This document shows positions 61,469 through 64,000 of a stretch of DNA of 64,000 nt, one piece after another; the stretch's first letter is position 1, and each line of letters starts with the position of its first letter. Source of the stretch: Squalus acanthias. Lineage: Eukaryota. Made by a program: the position numbers and the translations under genes. Where the stretch lies: contig CM059439.1 of NCBI GenBank assembly GCA_030390025.1, forward strand, positions 12,090,001 to 12,154,000. Reading direction: 5' to 3'. Below the pieces are notes generated by a model. It saw only the letters and a program-made list of their open reading frames with translations, made no database searches and was not told where the DNA came from.

Positions 61469-63111
61469 GGTGCTCGAAATGTTCACTCACTACATCCTGC
61501 TAATATAGCCAGGACATTTGTTGCATAGGTCATGACTGCCCTCTAGTGCAAATTCAGTGGCATAGTCAGTGAATTGTACCAGGAGGAGTCTGGCTCCTGG
61601 CTCCTACCTCCAGCCGTGTCTGTGAACCTACAGACTCCCAAAAAAGCCCGAAACCAATGTCCATATCTACCTGCATCACTGACCAGAAATATGATGAGTA
61701 GGAAAGTGTTTGAGGTGACTCTCCTTTTTTCCTAATTGGGTAGATTCTTATGCGTGTTAAAGTCCATCATTTGTATAAAGTATTAAAATGCAGCTTTCTG
61801 AGTACCTGCATAACGGAATCCAAATTAGGACCAGCCAGTATTGGACTACTGTTTAATCAACTCAAGAGGCAAAAACTCTGCCTTTTTCAATGGGGTCTCA
61901 GTAAGACAAGAGCACATAAGTTATGCCTAGTTTCTAATGTCGGTGGCTTTTGGAAGTGATTCTTTATTTTGCTGGTTGAAAAGGCTCCTGTTTTAGTGCA
62001 CAATGGTTTCGCCGGCACGAAATGGTGGATAGAGGGAGATGGCTACTTCCAGTCTGAACGCCCAAGCGTTCTTGCTGCATTGTGTGCCCGTAGTTTACTA
62101 GTTTTATTGGTAATACTAACCTACTCCCAGCAGAGCAATGACACTTTTTCCACTTTGAACTTCGAAGATGTATAGAATCTATATTGTACCAGTAAGGGCC
62201 GGGGAAACGGTTGCAGAAATTAGGTTGGGGCAGTTAGGCTGCAGGCGGCCATTTTTTTTTATGTTGCCATCTCTGATGTTATCACCGCTTTTATTAAGAA
62301 ACCCTGAACAGCACATCCAACATTTGGAGACACTGTTGTGAAATGTGGCCTCCTTTGAATTTGCACATTTTATAGCAGCAAACAACAGCCAATTCTGCAT
62401 TCAATCAGCTCCTGTTTGCTACTATGACCTGAGGTACAACAGTCTCTGTTGGTATTGATACTGCACAGCCTGTAAGTCTTAATACCTAGTAAACCTGTGG
62501 ATGCATTCTGTCAGTACAGCTTCATTTTCTAACCCATCAAATTTTAATTTAGCCAATTCAACAGTGCCAACTCTTCAGAGACAGCCAAGACAGATTAACT
62601 ACTGGAGAAGTAATGAAGAAAGACAAGAAGAATAAAACATTTCAGATAAGGATTTTTTTAACGGTAAATTTTGGAAAAGAACAATCCAGATAATGACACA
62701 CCAACATGTATTATGGAATTTTAAGAATACAAATAAAGATGCAGTTCTTGAAATGACTTTGTTTGTTTGTTTGTTTATTTACCTTTTAAATAATCTTCCC
62801 AAAACCAATCCTTCCCCTACACCACCCCAACACACCAGATTAGTTGTCATTTCCTGTCTTCCGCCTGCTATTTTATTAGCTTGATCGATCCTGGAGAAAA
62901 CACCTTCTGAGCATGCACCTGAAAGTGCCATCGTGATGCTGCAGATAGATGGTGCTTTACATTGTCCTTTACTCCAGAGCTGCATGAAGCCTCAGAACCT
63001 ATGTTGACCCCTGGTTCATTTTCCCCAACTAAAGCTTCTACACTCATCCCATCCTCTTGGCTCCAAAGGTTTGGAACAGTGAAGGGGGGGTGGGGGGGGG
63101 GGTTGGTGGCA

Positions 63112-63261
63112 GAGTTAATTTTCACCTTCAGCCCTTGGACAGTAAACTGGCAGAGCGGATTGCCCATCCATTACAGAAACTGCCCAATTTTCATTTCTAT
63201 AAGGGGTGGGCAATCCGCTCTGCCAGTTTACTGCCCAAGGTCTGAAGGTGAAAATTACCTC
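63112..63261. mobile_element. Fold-back MITE (~68-bp imperfect inverted arms)
   Basis: taattttcaccttcag.ccttgg.cagtaaactggcagagcggattgccca is repeated in reverse complement. Confidence 0.75.
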
Positions 63262-64000
63262 CACTATCTCCAGCCTATCGACAGGAATAGGTTAGATTAG
63301 ACAGACATTACACTGGACCGCTTGCACAGTTTCTTGTGGGTTTTTTTTTCACTTTTCCCAGGAGGCTAAGGTGTTAGCACCGGGTAACAAACCTTCAGGA
63401 AATACTTAAGCAGGCTGTCATTTTCTGAATAAGCAATAAGTGCTATGCCCTTTAGATCATAACAGCAGCAACTGGTCTTGTGCTCCACTGATGGCCACGT
63501 AAAGAGCGAATCAGGCACAAGTAAACAAACAAGAGCTTAAAGCAACCATAGGAATTTTCCATTCAGCACAGAGTTGTATAGTATGCCTTTGGCACTGACC
63601 CATGCACTATATTGCCCTCCTCAAAAACAAGATAACTGCCGCCATGGCTCAATCAGCATCTTTGCACTAATATCCGACAAAAACTTTATCTATTGTACAA
63701 ATGTAATAATAATAGAATTTTACATTGCCGAAGATGCCAAGGTGCATGTGCTGGCTCTCTGAAAGAGATGTCCACTGAGTCCCATTCTCCGCCCTTTCCC
63801 CATAACCTTTTACATTTTCAGATATTTGACCACTTCTCTTTTAAAAGCTATAGATTCTGCTTCCACCACTTTCTGGTAGGACATTCCATGCACCAACAAC
63901 CCTCTGTATAATATATATATAAAAATGTTCTAACCACTTTGTTTTTTGGTGATAATCTATGCACTCTAGTTACTGAATCACTCAGAAGTGGAAATAATTT

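Overview
Vertebrate genomic DNA, very probably a cartilaginous fish (shark), judged from its HE1-type V-SINE, Deu-domain SINEs and HER1-like CR1 LINEs. There is one real protein-coding region: the single coding exon of LRRC8D, a volume-regulated anion channel subunit (54384-56954, + strand, 856 aa), with a splice acceptor 2 nt upstream of the ATG. The ~54 kb upstream is most likely its long 5' intron and is packed with nested transposable elements: CR1-group, L2 and RTE LINEs, tRNA-derived SINEs, PIF/Harbinger derivatives with Myb/SANT remnants, a hAT MITE and a solo LTR. The most notable signal is a set of Penelope-like-element (PLE) termini carrying minimal type-I hammerhead ribozyme motifs in two sequence families with compensatory helix changes. 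They occur as short TSD-flanked insertions, as a nested PLE reverse-transcriptase relic, and as a perfect 99-bp-arm palindrome holding two back-to-back hammerheads ~2 kb downstream of the LRRC8D stop, possibly inside the 3' UTR. All calls were made by eye; no searches were run and TE boundaries are approximate unless a TSD is quoted.
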